50,879 bases of DNA from Candidatus Binatia bacterium (lineage in GTDB: Bacteria; Desulfobacterota; Binatia; HRBIN30): positions 1 to 50,879 of the forward strand of contig JBBRSP010000038.1 in NCBI GenBank assembly GCA_038245295.1. The letters are read 5' to 3'. The position numbers and the translations under genes are program-made. The notes below the pieces were generated by a model, which was not told the DNA's origin, did not search any database, and was given only the letters and a program-made list of their open reading frames with translations. How positions within the stretch are numbered: position 1 is the first letter of the stretch; each line of letters begins with the position of its first letter. Positions 18,399 to 28,398 of the stretch are shown in pieces.

Positions 18399-19841
18399 AT
18401 GAACGTGCTCTTCATCACTCTCGACCAGTTTCGCGGCGATTGCTTGTCGGCGGCGCGGCATCCCGTCGTGCGCACGCCACATCTCGATGCGTTGGCCGCG
18501 GATGGCGTTCGCTTCGCGCGACACTACAGTCAGGCGGCACCGTGCGGCCCGGGGCGCGCGTGTCTGTATACCGGGACCTATCAGTTCAACAATCGCGTCG
18601 TCGCCAACGGCACGCCGCTCGACGATCGCTTCGACAACATCGCGCGCGCCGCGCGCCGCGCCGGATTTGCCCCAACCCTGTTCGGCTACACGGACCAGGG
18701 GATTGATCCGCGCCAGGCCACGGGACCGCAAGACCCGCGGCTGTCGACCTACGAAGGCGTATTGCCCGGATTCGACGTACAGCTCGACTTGACCGAGTCG
18801 CACCTGCCGTGGCTCGCCTGGCTCGAATCCCTCGGATACGAAGTGCCCGGCTGGGCCGAGCGGGCGCTGGAAAGTGAACCGGATCGCCCGGCCGAGCACG
18901 GCGTATCCGCATTCCTCACCAATCACCTGGTCGACTGGTTGAAGCGGCAGGAAGGGCCGTGGTTTGCGCACGCCAGCTACTATCGTCCGCATCCGCCGTT
19001 CGCCGCGGCGGGGCATTGGGCGCGCGCCTATGCGCGTGACACCGTGCCGCTACCAATTCCGGCGGCGCCGGAGCGCCATCCGCTGCACGAGGGTATGTTG
19101 TCGCACAAGGCGACGGCGTTCAGCTCCGATGAGGCGGTAGTGCGCGACGTGATCGCGCACTACTACGGCATGGTCAGCGCGGTGGATGCGGAGATCGGAC
19201 GCGTGTGCGAGACGCTGCGCCAGCTTGGTCAGTGGAACGACACATTCATCGTCGTGGCCTCGGACCACGGCGAGTATCTCGGCAATCATGGCCTGATTCA
19301 GAAAGGTGGATTCTTCGAGGACAGCTATCACGTGCCGTGTATCATCCGTGATCCGCGCCGCGACCGACTACGTGGGGCCGTCGTCGAAGCGTTTACCGAG
19401 AACGTCGATCTGTTTCCTACCATCTGTGATGCCGTGGGCCTCGACGTGCCGGCACAATGCGATGGCTTGCCGCTGACACCGTTCCTGCAGGGCCGCGTAC
19501 CGCCGTGGTGGCGAGACGCGGCGCACTGGGAATTCGATTGGCGCGATATCTTCCTGCCGCACGGCGATCATCCGTGGCCCTGGGATCGCTTGCTCGAACA
19601 CCAACACGTGGCGGTGCGGCGCAGTGACGATCGCGCCTACGTGCAGTTCGGCGACGGCTCGTGGTCGTGTTTCGATCTTGCCGCCGATCCGACCTGGCGC
19701 ACCCAGATCACCAATCCGAGCACCGTGCTTGCCGAGGCGCAACGCATGCTGCAATGGCGCTCCCAACACACCGACCGCACGATGACCGGGATGCTTCTGC
19801 GCAATGGCGGCATCGGCCGCTGGCCGCCGCGGCGTGGCTGA
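18399..19841 (+). CDS. sulfatase-superfamily hydrolase, phosphonate monoester hydrolase-like
   Basis: NVLFITLDQFRGD, FGly motif CGPGRA, RPHPPF, SDHGEYLG, VDLFPTI. Confidence 0.88.
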   Translation: MNVLFITLDQFRGDCLSAARHPVVRTPHLDALAADGVRFARHYSQAAPCGPGRACLYTGTYQFNNRVVANGTPLDDRFDNIARAARRAGFAPTLFGYTDQGIDPRQATGPQDPRLSTYEGVLPGFDVQLDLTESHLPWLAWLESLGYEVPGWAERALESEPDRPAEHGVSAFLTNHLVDWLKRQEGPWFAHASYYRPHPPFAAAGHWARAYARDTVPLPIPAAPERHPLHEGMLSHKATAFSSDEAVVRDVIAHYYGMVSAVDAEIGRVCETLRQLGQWNDTFIVVASDHGEYLGNHGLIQKGGFFEDSYHVPCIIRDPRRDRLRGAVVEAFTENVDLFPTICDAVGLDVPAQCDGLPLTPFLQGRVPPWWRDAAHWEFDWRDIFLPHGDHPWPWDRLLEHQHVAVRRSDDRAYVQFGDGSWSCFDLAADPTWRTQITNPSTVLAEAQRMLQWRSQHTDRTMTGMLLRNGGIGRWPPRRG

Positions 19842-19867
19842 CAGACCGCTAGCGCTTGAGCCAACCC

Positions 19868-21151
19868 CTACGGCGCGGCGGCGAGCAGGCTGACGCGAAA
19901 GCGCGAGCCGCGGTCGAGCTCACTCTCGACCGTAAGCTGCCCGCCCATCGCGCGGACAAGGCGGTCGCTGATCGATAGACCGATGCCGAGCCCGCTGAAC
20001 TCCTTGGCGTTGGCGGCGCGGCGAAATGGCTCGAAAACATGCGGCAGATCTTCCGGCGTGATGCCGACGCCGCTGTCGACGACTTCAATTTCGATCATGT
20101 CGCTGACGCGCTTGGCGCGCACGTAGATCTCACCCGCGGGGGTAAACTTGGCGGCGTTGGAGAGCAGGTTCACCAAGACCTGGCGCAAGCGATCTCGATC
20201 GGCTTTGGCGACCATCGACTCAGGTATCTCGACCACCAGGCGCACCGGTTTGTCGCCCAACTCGGCGGGAATCGCGGCGCTGACCTCGCGCAGGAGAGTG
20301 CACAGGTCCACCGCTTCGATACGCATCACCAGTCTGCCCGATTCGATGCGTGAGAGGTCGAGCAGGTCGGCGATGAGCCGCACCAGAACCTGCGCATTGG
20401 TCACGACGCGTTCGAGCGGATCGCGCATCGATTCCGGGAGCGGCCCAAAATTGTCTTCCAGGATGAGGTCGGTATACCCGAGCACGACATTGAGCGGCGT
20501 GCGTAGCTCGTGTGAGATATTGGCGAGGAACATGTTCTTGGCTTCGTTGGCATGAGCGAGGGCGGCGTTTGCCTGACGCAGCTCGTCGGCGCGGTTGAAG
20601 GAAGAGAAGCGATAGCGATCGAGGAAAGCGGCGCCGGCGACCGACAAGCCTCCCACCGAGGCCATGCCCAACGTGATCAACGGAACGGAGACGACGCTGC
20701 GGGCGCCGAACAGCACAGCCGAGACATAGGCGGCGACGGCAGCGACGGCGATTGGTAGTTGGCCCCAGAAGCCGAGCGGCAACCCAACAGTCATGCCGGT
20801 AACGATGTACATCAAGGCAAACGCCATGATCTCGGTCTCACCGCCGAGGCGGACGTGGTAACTGGTGATCATCCCGAAGATCAGCACACAGGTCGTTGAG
20901 GCAACGGCGATCGCGTGCCCACGGCCCCACTGGGTCTGCACGACGGCGACGGCAATGGCGCACAACGACAACTCGACGACAAACGTCGTCATATAGACCA
21001 TCATGCGTTCCGGATGCGCCAAGTACTCGAACAGCCACGCCAGTGAGAATACCGCGGCGAACACGACAGTGATCGCCGGCAACCGTGCCGCAACCAAATC
21101 TGTCGTCTCGCGGGCGTACAGAATGTCGACTGATGGTTGACTCGACGTCAT
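19868..21151 (-). CDS. membrane-bound sensor histidine kinase (no adjacent response regulator)
   Basis: ~6 TM segments, FLANISHELRTPL, NLLSNAAKFT, DSGVGI, FEPF, GLGIGL. Confidence 0.92.
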   Translation of the reverse strand: MTSSQPSVDILYARETTDLVAARLPAITVVFAAVFSLAWLFEYLAHPERMMVYMTTFVVELSLCAIAVAVVQTQWGRGHAIAVASTTCVLIFGMITSYHVRLGGETEIMAFALMYIVTGMTVGLPLGFWGQLPIAVAAVAAYVSAVLFGARSVVSVPLITLGMASVGGLSVAGAAFLDRYRFSSFNRADELRQANAALAHANEAKNMFLANISHELRTPLNVVLGYTDLILEDNFGPLPESMRDPLERVVTNAQVLVRLIADLLDLSRIESGRLVMRIEAVDLCTLLREVSAAIPAELGDKPVRLVVEIPESMVAKADRDRLRQVLVNLLSNAAKFTPAGEIYVRAKRVSDMIEIEVVDSGVGITPEDLPHVFEPFRRAANAKEFSGLGIGLSISDRLVRAMGGQLTVESELDRGSRFRVSLLAAAP

Positions 21152-21299
21152 GTCAGCCAGCCGATCCTGCTACCACGAGTCAATCTCGAACCGTGATTCA
21201 AAATGTGCGACCCCAAGCGTCGCCTATCCACGCCACAACTGGGCGGTCCCCGTCAAGGCATTTGGACCATCTTCGCGCTGGCCAAAGGACCAATCGTGC

Positions 21300-22217
21300 T
21301 CAGCTCTTCGGATGATCCATCAGCCACTGCCAGACGCGCGTCGGGAAGTCGTGGGTGAGGCTCGGGATGTGGCCTCCCCCCTGGATCGTCCACAGCTCGA
21401 CGTCGGTGTTCCGGGCGCAGCCGGCAAACCGTCGGATCGTCGTCTCACTGCCGGCCAGGGTGAAGTCGAGATTCAATGTCGTCGGGTCGAGGAGAAGTCC
21501 GGGGCCACAATGATCGTAGACCTGCCAATGCGCCATCGTCTGCAACTCGCTGGGATAGGGCGCACCGGCCCGACCACCGTTGTAGCGGATCGTCGTGTCA
21601 TTATCGCCGTGGATATCGAGCACGCTCACTGGTTCGGCTGGCACGCAGGCGGCGGGGTCTTCGAACGTTGCTCCTGCCAGACTGACGATGGCGGCGATCT
21701 CGGTGGCCGCATCGCAGGCCAGTCGGTGCGCCATGAAGCCGCCGTTCGAATGGCCGACGACGTAGATGCGGCGCCGATCGACGTTGTAGTCTTGGCGCAC
21801 GGCGGCGATCAGTCCGCGAATGTAGCTGACATCGTCGACTTTGGTGTCGCCGAAATCACAACACGCCGGGGTCGCATTCCAAAAGAGGGCGCCGTCGCCG
21901 GCTTCGGGTGTACCGTCCGGAGCGAGGATCAAGACCCCTTCCTCCTCAACCAGGGCGGCGAGCTTGAGATATTGTTCTTGGAACGAGCCGTTGGCTCCGA
22001 AGCCATGCAAGATGATGAGCAATGGCGCGGCGTGGTCGGACTTGTACGTCGTTGGCACCTGTAGCGTCACCGGCCGCGCGCCGCCGAACTCTGTACGCGG
22101 TACGGCGGGATAACTCTGCGGTGCGACCGTGCCTTCCGAATCATCACCGCACGACGACAACACCATGGAGAAAACACAGGCGGCCAAGAGCCGCGATACG
22201 AACAATCGTTGGCGCAT
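21300..22217 (-). CDS. LpqC/PHB-depolymerase-family esterase lipoprotein
   Basis: Lipobox LSSC; LHG, WNATPACC, DDVSYI, GHSNGG, IHGDND, GGGH. Confidence 0.88.
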   Translation of the reverse strand: MRQRLFVSRLLAACVFSMVLSSCGDDSEGTVAPQSYPAVPRTEFGGARPVTLQVPTTYKSDHAAPLLIILHGFGANGSFQEQYLKLAALVEEEGVLILAPDGTPEAGDGALFWNATPACCDFGDTKVDDVSYIRGLIAAVRQDYNVDRRRIYVVGHSNGGFMAHRLACDAATEIAAIVSLAGATFEDPAACVPAEPVSVLDIHGDNDTTIRYNGGRAGAPYPSELQTMAHWQVYDHCGPGLLLDPTTLNLDFTLAGSETTIRRFAGCARNTDVELWTIQGGGHIPSLTHDFPTRVWQWLMDHPKS

Positions 22218-22389
22218 GCAGAATGTCTACCAGCTTTCCTATTTGGATTCCCATAGATCGTTTGCCAATTCGCCGTATGGCCGTCTGGCTGTCCCGCAGA
22301 CCCTGGACGGCCAAGTGGGCAATTGACGAAATGGCCAGATGCGCGGATGACCCGCGGGCGAATTTCTCGTATACCCGGCACCAATTGTG

Positions 22390-23415
22390 ATGAGCGATAA
22401 CTGCCCGACTTGTGGCGAGCCGGTTGAACCGGGCAACACGTATTGCGCCAATCACCAGACGCCGGTCATTGCCGGACCGCCGAAGGGAGGTTGGGGGAGC
22501 CCGCGTCTTTTCATCGCGTTCCTCCTTTTGCTGGCGGTGTTCCTCTATCCGAAGATCAAGAACATGTTCGGTCGCGCGGAACCGGTTAACGTCGCGCCGG
22601 TCCGATGGGCCACGCCAGCCGCTACGCCAGAAGGAGAGGCCAGCGAAGCTGAGTCGGTGGCGCCGCCGCAAAAGGCTGCGGCGATGATGCCAACGCCGAC
22701 GAGCCCGGCAGCGGACACCAAGGAGACGTTAGCCACGAAGAAGGTCGCCGCAGCGAGCTCGAAGAGTGGCACGCCGGCGGTGGCCGTCGCCGCGTGTGGC
22801 AATGGCATGATCGAGATCGGCGAACAGTGCGACGGTGCGGCGCTTGCGGGCGCCACCTGTGCGACGCTTGGTTTCGCGGGTGATTGCGGTAAAGACGGCG
22901 CGTGTGTGCAACCAGGCCTTGCCTGCCTGAGCGACTGCAGCTTCGACTACTCTGGTTGCACGGCTGAGAGTCAGTTGGCCGTGCAGCGCTTCGTCGATCA
23001 CAAGAACGGGACCATCTCGGATCGGCTGGCCGCCTTGATGTGGGAGCAGAAGTGCGGCGCCGACGATTGCGCCGAGCTGCACAATGTACTCACGACACGG
23101 ACCTGGCAGGCCGGGGCGACTGATTGGGTGAAGGCACTCAATGGCGAAAACTTCGCCGGCCACAACGACTGGCGTCTGCCATCGGTCGAAGAGTTGCGCA
23201 TGCTGCTCGTCGCCGTGCCACCGTGTGGTGACAATATCTGCGATGCCGCATCGGTGTGGGACCGTAAACAGACGGCGCCGGCCGGCTACTGGTCGTCAAC
23301 AACGCTGTCGCTCGACAAGAGCCGCGCCTGGGTCGTCTCGTTTCGCGATGGCGACGTTTACACGGCGGAAAAGGGTCAACCGTTGCACGTGCGCGCCGTG
23401 CGTCGGGAGCGCTGA
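22390..23415 (+). CDS. zinc-ribbon + TM + Cys-rich + DUF1566 (Lcl C-terminal) protein
   Basis: CPTCG..YCANH; TM; CGNGMIEIGEQCDG; RFVDHKNGTISD..LMWEQ, GHNDWRLPSVEEL, YWSST, AWVVSF, VRAVR. Confidence 0.82.
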   Translation: MSDNCPTCGEPVEPGNTYCANHQTPVIAGPPKGGWGSPRLFIAFLLLLAVFLYPKIKNMFGRAEPVNVAPVRWATPAATPEGEASEAESVAPPQKAAAMMPTPTSPAADTKETLATKKVAAASSKSGTPAVAVAACGNGMIEIGEQCDGAALAGATCATLGFAGDCGKDGACVQPGLACLSDCSFDYSGCTAESQLAVQRFVDHKNGTISDRLAALMWEQKCGADDCAELHNVLTTRTWQAGATDWVKALNGENFAGHNDWRLPSVEELRMLLVAVPPCGDNICDAASVWDRKQTAPAGYWSSTTLSLDKSRAWVVSFRDGDVYTAEKGQPLHVRAVRRER

Positions 23416-23417
23416 GG

Positions 23418-24980
23418 ATGACCGCGCACCGCCCACCTGCCGTGTGGAAGGCGCCGCGGGCACTTTCGCTGTTCGTCGGTTTTGTCGGCGTGCTGGGGTC
23501 CATCGCGTGTAACAAGCCGGGGGTGAGCGGTGTCGTCTTACCGTCGGCGGCCGAACGCAGCGGTCTGCCGTGGCAGTTTGTCGAAGTGCGGTTGCTGCGC
23601 GGTCACCTACCCGACGATTTGCAGCAACTGGCCAAGCGCATCCGCGACAAGGCTTTCGCGGAAGCGCGCCAGGAGGTTCTCGGCAACGCGGAGGCCGCGG
23701 TCGACGAACAAGCCGCCGCCTATCAGCGAGCTCGCGCGGCTCTGGGTGAAAATGATCCCCCGGAAGGCGAAGAGCCGGCGTCGATTCGCGGTTGTCTACC
23801 CGCCGCCGAAGCTCAGCTGCTTGCGGCGCGCCGCGACTATCAACGAGCCGTGGCGCAGTTGGCGCCGCGTCTTGCGGCTCTGGGCCTCGACAGCTCCCAG
23901 CCGGATCGCGCTCTGGAGCAATTGCAGAAGATGTTGGAGGCCAAGGTCGAGGCTGAAGCGCGACGTTTGCGCGACGACTATGTGCGCAACCAGCTTGTCC
24001 AACATAGCGCTCTGTTGCTGGCGACCAGCAGCTCCATGGACCGCTTGTGCTGGCGTGTCACCAACAAGCAGGATGTGGCTGTGCGCTTTCGCGGTGCGAG
24101 CGTCGTATACAACGGCCAGCCGCTGCCCGACTCCGTGGCCCAACAAATCTGGATCTTGCCGCGCGCCGATGTCGCCCTGCACGTCCCGAATCAAGGGAAA
24201 GACAGCGATGTGCTCATGCCGGGCGCCGAGTTTGAGGCGTGCTTCTACTCGCGCGGCAAACTCGTTTCCGCCGACGTCCTGACCACCTACGGCTTGCCGA
24301 ATGCTCCTGGTCGCAGCGGTGATTGGGAAGTTCGCTGGCAACAGATTGATCTCGTCGGCCGCGGCGCCGCTGCTATGGCGCCGTCGACTGGCGCGAGACA
24401 CGAGCCGGCACCGCTCATGGAGATTTTCGCCGAGCGTTTACGCGGCACGAGAAGCGACGGCGAGGAGGGCCGCCTCATGGCGGCGCTCAACGACGCACCG
24501 GCGTCGCGTCATGTGAAGGATTCGGAAGCCGGGCTGCTTGCTTGCCATCGCGCCGTCGAGCTCGAGAAGCGTTACGCCGAGCTGCGCCGGACCGTGGCGG
24601 CGATCGAAGCGCAGAAGGCCGACGCCTTTGCCGTCGCCGTGCGGGTGCAGCCAATCGTACAACGCATCCTCAACGACCCGGATCGGGTCCAGCGATGGGT
24701 CGACGACGCACAAGCCTTCATCAAGGCGGCGACGCTCGGCACGATACTGCCTGATCTCGGCGCGACATACACCTTCGACAATCTAACACCTGGATCGTAT
24801 ACGGTTTTGGCTCGCTCGGGCCTTGAAGCGAAACAACCCAAGGTCTGGTTGTTACCGGTACAAGTCGACGGCCATGTAACGCAGGATCTCGAGATGGCCT
24901 TGGCTCGCAACAAGACAATGCGCGCGACACTTGAACAACTGGTGCTCGAGCGCATGGGCCTGAAGCATCCCGCCGGCTGA
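23418..24980 (+). CDS. hypothetical lipoprotein with long coiled-coil segments
   Basis: Lipobox-like SIAC; Ala/Glu/Gln/Arg helices; C-terminal YTFDNLTPGSYTVLA typical of transthyretin-like/CarboxypepD_reg folds; 2 nt after the previous stop. Confidence 0.72.
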   Translation: MTAHRPPAVWKAPRALSLFVGFVGVLGSIACNKPGVSGVVLPSAAERSGLPWQFVEVRLLRGHLPDDLQQLAKRIRDKAFAEARQEVLGNAEAAVDEQAAAYQRARAALGENDPPEGEEPASIRGCLPAAEAQLLAARRDYQRAVAQLAPRLAALGLDSSQPDRALEQLQKMLEAKVEAEARRLRDDYVRNQLVQHSALLLATSSSMDRLCWRVTNKQDVAVRFRGASVVYNGQPLPDSVAQQIWILPRADVALHVPNQGKDSDVLMPGAEFEACFYSRGKLVSADVLTTYGLPNAPGRSGDWEVRWQQIDLVGRGAAAMAPSTGARHEPAPLMEIFAERLRGTRSDGEEGRLMAALNDAPASRHVKDSEAGLLACHRAVELEKRYAELRRTVAAIEAQKADAFAVAVRVQPIVQRILNDPDRVQRWVDDAQAFIKAATLGTILPDLGATYTFDNLTPGSYTVLARSGLEAKQPKVWLLPVQVDGHVTQDLEMALARNKTMRATLEQLVLERMGLKHPAG

Positions 24981-24981
24981 A

Positions 24982-25171
24982 GAGGCTGTCTCAAAACGGC
25001 CGCCTGGCGCAGGTTCATCATTCCCGCGAAGGAGGCTATCGAGAAACTCGGATGCCACCCCGTCATCCCGGCGAAAGCCGGGATCTCGTCGGCCGGAATC
25101 GCAGAAATGCTGGGGAGATTCCGGCTTTCGCCGGAATGACGGATGCTCTGCATTGGGTTTGAGACACCCTC
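24982..25171. mobile_element. MITE-like element (GAGGCTGTCTCAAA termini) carrying a GTCATCCCGGCGAAAGCC palindrome
   Basis: TIR GAGGCTGTCTCAAA / TTTGAGACACCCTC (1 mismatch); internal palindrome 25062-25140; second related end GAGGCTATCGAGAAAC at 25032. Confidence 0.7.
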
Positions 25172-25204
25172 TTTTAGCCTGCGGAGTCGGTAATTCTCGG
25201 ACTG

Positions 25205-26824
25205 TTAGGAGCAAAGCCCGCCGACGCGGCAATGTCGCACATGTTGCAACGCGCCGTCGGTGAATTCGGCACGCAGGTAGCTCGGTGGCTCATGGCCGGG
25301 AGCGCGCACATGCCCGAGCGCGGCGCCGATGTGCAGCGTCATGGTTTGCGGATCCGTCTCTCCGCCCTCGACGAGCGCCGAGCGCATCCGTAGGGACGGC
25401 CGTTCGACTTCGAGGCGACTGGCGCGGTGCACGTGCCCGGAGAAGGTTGTGACACTGCCGCGGACCTCGGCCAGGGCACGCAGAACGCGTGTGATGTTGC
25501 GGAAAGCGACGCCGCGCCGCAAGCCGCTGGCGAACAGCCGGCGCTCGAAAGCCAGCGTGCCGGCCGCATGAGCGTCACGCGGATTTACATCGGTGATCAG
25601 GTCTTCGACGCGTTGGTGCGGCAGCGGATTGAAAAGTGGAGCGTGGAAGAAGAGAGCGGCATGTCCGGCGCCCTCGAGCACGGTCTCCAGCCAACCCAAC
25701 TGTTCGTCACTCGGGCCGGCGCTGTCGGGATCCTCCCATGAGGTCGTCATGCTGCGCGCCAACAGAGCGCGGCGCGGCCAGTCGAGCGATCGCCAGTGCA
25801 GAATCATGTCGCTTCCGGTCTCAAAGAAAACCAGACGGGTGCCGCGCACGTCGATGAAGAAGTCCGTAGCCGGAGCAACCGTCGACCAGTGTTCGTCCAA
25901 GGCGTCGGCGCCATCCGACCCGACGGTGTGCAGCGCCGCACGGTCGGAGAGTCGTACCGGCCACCGGTCCCACAGCCCGGCGAGTTGCAGGAGATGTTTT
26001 GACCGCCCGGGCGTGATGCCAACCGAGCCGAGGCCGGCGACCCGAGGTCGTCGTGGGTTGACGCGATAGTCATGGTTGCCGGGAATTGCGAGAACCGGAA
26101 CCATCAGCGGCGTCAGCAAGGAGAGCAACAGACGCACATTGCTGTCGTTGGATCGTGAAGCCGAGAGGTTCTGCCGCTCGTGATAGATGTGGTCGACGAG
26201 ATCACCGCCGAGGACGACGAGATCCAGCTCGCCGCGCGCCGCCAGTTGGTTACACTCTTCGATGAACGTCGCCAGCAAGCGTTGCGGATGGAAATAGTGC
26301 GCTACTAGATCGGGGGCGTGCTGGGTGATTGCCGCTTCGATCGTGTTCCAGGCGTCGGCGACGTGCAGGTCGGTTGCGAAAGCCAGGCGCAGCGTGCGTT
26401 TACCCGGTGCCAGGATCGCCACGGCGTTGGGCCGTACAATGATACCCTCGCGTGTCAGGTGGAACGCCAGCGCCGTGCGAGGCTTCGGCGGCTCCAGGCT
26501 GGCGGGTACTCGGATCTCGACCTCGAACAACTGTTTCGCAGCGCCGCGGCTGTGTAGGTATTGGGCAGCAAAGCGGTGGGTCGACGCACCATCGAAAGGG
26601 CACAACGCCGTGACAACGAGGTCAGTTGTCGTGCCGGTCAGAGGGCACTGCAATGACAACCCCTTGACCCAGTCGCGGAGCTCGTCGGCGGAGGAGGCGT
26701 ACTCGATCAAGGCGCGGAAGCGACGCTGCTCCCCTTCAATGAACGCCGGGAGCCCCGGCGCCGGCCAGATGATGCGCGGGGTGCTCGCAGAGGTTGTCGT
26801 TGTCGGCGCGCTTGACCTTCCCAT
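25205..26824 (-). CDS. calcineurin-like metallophosphoesterase
   Basis: TDLHV, GGDLVD, PGNHD, FFHAP, SGHVH motifs; start uncertain (26824 or 26863). Confidence 0.85.
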   Translation of the reverse strand: MGRSSAPTTTTSASTPRIIWPAPGLPAFIEGEQRRFRALIEYASSADELRDWVKGLSLQCPLTGTTTDLVVTALCPFDGASTHRFAAQYLHSRGAAKQLFEVEIRVPASLEPPKPRTALAFHLTREGIIVRPNAVAILAPGKRTLRLAFATDLHVADAWNTIEAAITQHAPDLVAHYFHPQRLLATFIEECNQLAARGELDLVVLGGDLVDHIYHERQNLSASRSNDSNVRLLLSLLTPLMVPVLAIPGNHDYRVNPRRPRVAGLGSVGITPGRSKHLLQLAGLWDRWPVRLSDRAALHTVGSDGADALDEHWSTVAPATDFFIDVRGTRLVFFETGSDMILHWRSLDWPRRALLARSMTTSWEDPDSAGPSDEQLGWLETVLEGAGHAALFFHAPLFNPLPHQRVEDLITDVNPRDAHAAGTLAFERRLFASGLRRGVAFRNITRVLRALAEVRGSVTTFSGHVHRASRLEVERPSLRMRSALVEGGETDPQTMTLHIGAALGHVRAPGHEPPSYLRAEFTDGALQHVRHCRVGGLCS

Positions 26825-26913
26825 CGAGGCTTCCGTTGTGCGCCTCGTGCGACCAGGAAGCAATCATCAATCATCGCGGCACGCGCTGCCGGGTAGCTCC
26901 TTGCCTACCGCGA

Positions 26914-27606
26914 CTATCGCGGCACGGGGCTGTGCGGTTGATGCGGCCGGTGCGGCGCGTGGGGCCGACGAGCCGGGAAACATCCGCAAGCGGAAAACGA
27001 CCATCGGAAGCCGCTGCTACAGTTCAGGGCCGGGCAAGCCGGATTGGCCTCGCAATGTCCGGCGACGCATTGCGCAACCTTGAACGCACACGGCTCGGCA
27101 AAGCATGCAACGCCCGGGCCGTTACAAATCGGATCGGGGTCGTCATTCGACAGGGCCCGGCAATCACAGCCGGTGCATGTGTCGTCGAAGAGACGGCAGT
27201 CGGCATCCGAGGCGCACGCGCCGGGCGCATCGGGCACGCAGCGGCACTCGTTCGGTGACCAGTGGAAATTGCGGATACACAGTTGGGTCTGCACACAGGT
27301 GGGCTCGCAGATCTGTTGTGTGCAAACCCCGTCCGGCGGCGTGCAGATGCCGCAACTGGCGTTGCAGCAGACATTGCCGTCGACACAAACGGCGGGGCCG
27401 CAGAGCTCGACTCCGGGCGGGCATTCGAGACGGCAAAGGTCGGGACAAGGATCCAACCCCGGGCATGGTGCGCAGACAATCGTGCATCCGGCTTCTGCCG
27501 CCGCGGGCGGCAGCCCACCGTTCGTTTGGCCGGCGCCCGGCCGGCTGCCCAGGATCAACAGTGCGCTCAGGATCAAGCTTCCCAAGCCAACCCTATGGTG
27601 TTTCAT
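26914..27606 (-). CDS. secreted Cys-rich protein
   Basis: RBS GGAGG; signal peptide; very dense Cys including CGPAVCVDGNVCCNASCGICTPPDGVCTQQIC; His/Pro tail. Confidence 0.78.
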   Translation of the reverse strand: MKHHRVGLGSLILSALLILGSRPGAGQTNGGLPPAAAEAGCTIVCAPCPGLDPCPDLCRLECPPGVELCGPAVCVDGNVCCNASCGICTPPDGVCTQQICEPTCVQTQLCIRNFHWSPNECRCVPDAPGACASDADCRLFDDTCTGCDCRALSNDDPDPICNGPGVACFAEPCAFKVAQCVAGHCEANPACPALNCSSGFRWSFSACGCFPARRPHAPHRPHQPHSPVPR

Positions 27607-27666
27607 CGTAGTTCCTCCGCTGGACTAGCTGTATTCATCGCGGTCTCCACGGTGGCAAGAGCCCCA

Positions 27667-27900
27667 TTACATCGGCGCCGCTTCCTTTGGAACCGAGGGA
27701 GGCATTCCTTCCGGGGCCTGTTCTGGTGGGTTGACGAGGAGCGGCACCGGAGTCGGTGTTGCCACGACGATCGTGAGCGTCGTCGTCGGCACCTGCACGG
27801 TGGCCGTGGGCATCGCGGCTTTCGGTGGTTCGCTCCGGCTACAGCCGGCGATACACCCGGCGAACAGAGCAGCGGACGCAAGGATGGCTGGACGAAGCAT
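27667..27900 (-). CDS. small Pro/Thr-rich lipoprotein
   Basis: RBS AAGGAG; lipobox IAGC; Pro/Thr-rich. Confidence 0.6.
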   Translation of the reverse strand: MLRPAILASAALFAGCIAGCSRSEPPKAAMPTATVQVPTTTLTIVVATPTPVPLLVNPPEQAPEGMPPSVPKEAAPM

Positions 27901-28078
27901 TCTGAGTCTCCTTGCCGACGATGGAAGTCGGCAAGGAAAGACTCAGCAGATTACATGCCCATTGAAGTTGGGTTCGCCTGGTAGGCTTTCCGCGGTTGCG
28001 GTTGGCGCGATACGCTCCAGATCGGAAAACTCTACAAAGGCATCGCGACTCGGTTCGGTTTTCTCCCCGGAAACGCAG

Positions 28079-28369
28079 TTACGGATTCCGGCGCAATGCC
28101 CGAAGCCCGATGGCGCTCAGCACCAGGCACAACCCGGCGATCCCCACCGGCGACAAGGTTGGTGCTGTCGCATCGATGGTTCGCGGCACGGCTTGTCGAA
28201 CCTCCTGCGTGACCAGCGGCGTCGTCTGCAGATCGACGCAGTCGTTGGCGCCGCGTCCGGACCCGCACCCCATTCCCGCGAAGGAGTCTTTCAGCGAACA
28301 AATGCAAGATTCTTGGTTGTAGATCGCTGTCGTTCTGGCATGGATCGCTCGCGTCCTGGCGGCAAGCAA
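28079..28369 (-). pseudogene. possible remnant ending in an IPTL-CTERM-like sorting signal
   Basis: C-terminus APTLSPVGIAGLCLVLSAIGLRALRRNP (motif, TM, basic tail) without a signal peptide. Confidence 0.35.
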
Positions 28370-28398
28370 CTTTAGGGACGCAACGGGATGGTGGCGTC

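Noticed and set aside
22390..23415. DUF1566 gene as a diversity-generating retroelement target
   Set aside because: No template repeat or reverse transcriptase is visible in the window.
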